From Lingula anatina (taxonomy: Eukaryota > Animalia > Brachiopoda): 64,000 bases of DNA. The notes below the pieces were generated by a model that was not told where the DNA came from, ran no database searches, and worked only from the letters and a program-made list of their open reading frames with translations. The translations under genes were made by a program, and so were the position numbers. The DNA lies in NCBI GenBank assembly GCA_051362555.1, contig CM120643.1:11160001-11224000 (forward strand). Reading direction: 5' to 3'. Positions 63,700 through 64,000 of this stretch are shown here, one piece after another (within the stretch, counting starts at the first letter, position 1; each line of letters begins with the position of its first letter).

Positions 63700-64000
63700 C
63701 ATGCAGACCATTATTATGATGTGTCTGTACATATATCCATCATCTGCATCTGTCGTCGCCGTCGTTGCCGTCGCCGTGCACTTTTACCGATAACACGATA
63801 AGTGGAAAACCATTTTACCTTTTGACTTGAAACTTGCAGAACTGATGAATATTCATAATACACAGGTCAAGTTCGAAAATCAGCATGATCGTGTCACTTT
63901 TAGGGAATTTATGCTGTTTTTTCACTTTTTTCAGCATATATGCAGCACCGATAACACGATAAGTGGAAAACCATTTTACCTTTTGACTTGAAACTTACAG
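63700..64000 (+). mobile_element. HINE-type element, same family as 46406-46940, truncated by the window end
   Basis: (GTCGCC)n then ACCGATAACACGATAAGTGGAAAACCATTTTACC at ~63786 and ~63947 (~161-bp unit). Confidence 0.75.

Larger units (their letters stand above)
56960..64000 (-). mobile_element. CMC/EnSpm(CACTA)-like DNA transposon: one terminus in the window, element probably continues past 64000
   Basis: Terminus CCCAGCAGGCACACAACGTTGAATCAACGTTG followed by subterminal palindromic CAACGTTG-type repeats to ~57100, a pattern typical of animal EnSpm-type ends. A DUF4806-like gene lies inside. The second TIR and a transposase are not in the window. Confidence 0.6.

Overview
Eukaryotic, repeat-rich animal DNA; the TACATGTA runs and Helentron-type repeats suggest a marine invertebrate such as a mollusc (inference). 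Bases 1-~44765 are a highly homogeneous head-to-tail satellite of ~362 bp (about 112-113 monomers, open at the window start). It shows nested multimer duplications, a variable poly-C tract and a perfect 16-bp palindrome per monomer. The array is interrupted by two DNA transposons ~200 bp apart: a 2028-bp non-autonomous foldback element with TGT...ACA ends and a CCGG TSD (Ginger1-like) inserted in the palindrome centre, and a 1659-bp decayed Tc1 (DD34E) element. A short retro-tail insertion sits in the diverged terminal monomer. The remaining ~19 kb holds MITEs, Helentron/HINE-type elements, a 34-bp minisatellite, a non-LTR RT fragment and two candidate exons of a small Cys-rich peptide gene. 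It ends in a CMC/EnSpm-like transposon terminus followed by an intact 7-exon, 427-aa DUF4806-like gene carrying an 11x RS-rich decapeptide repeat. Nearly all ORFs in the supplied track for 1-44 kb are satellite artefacts.
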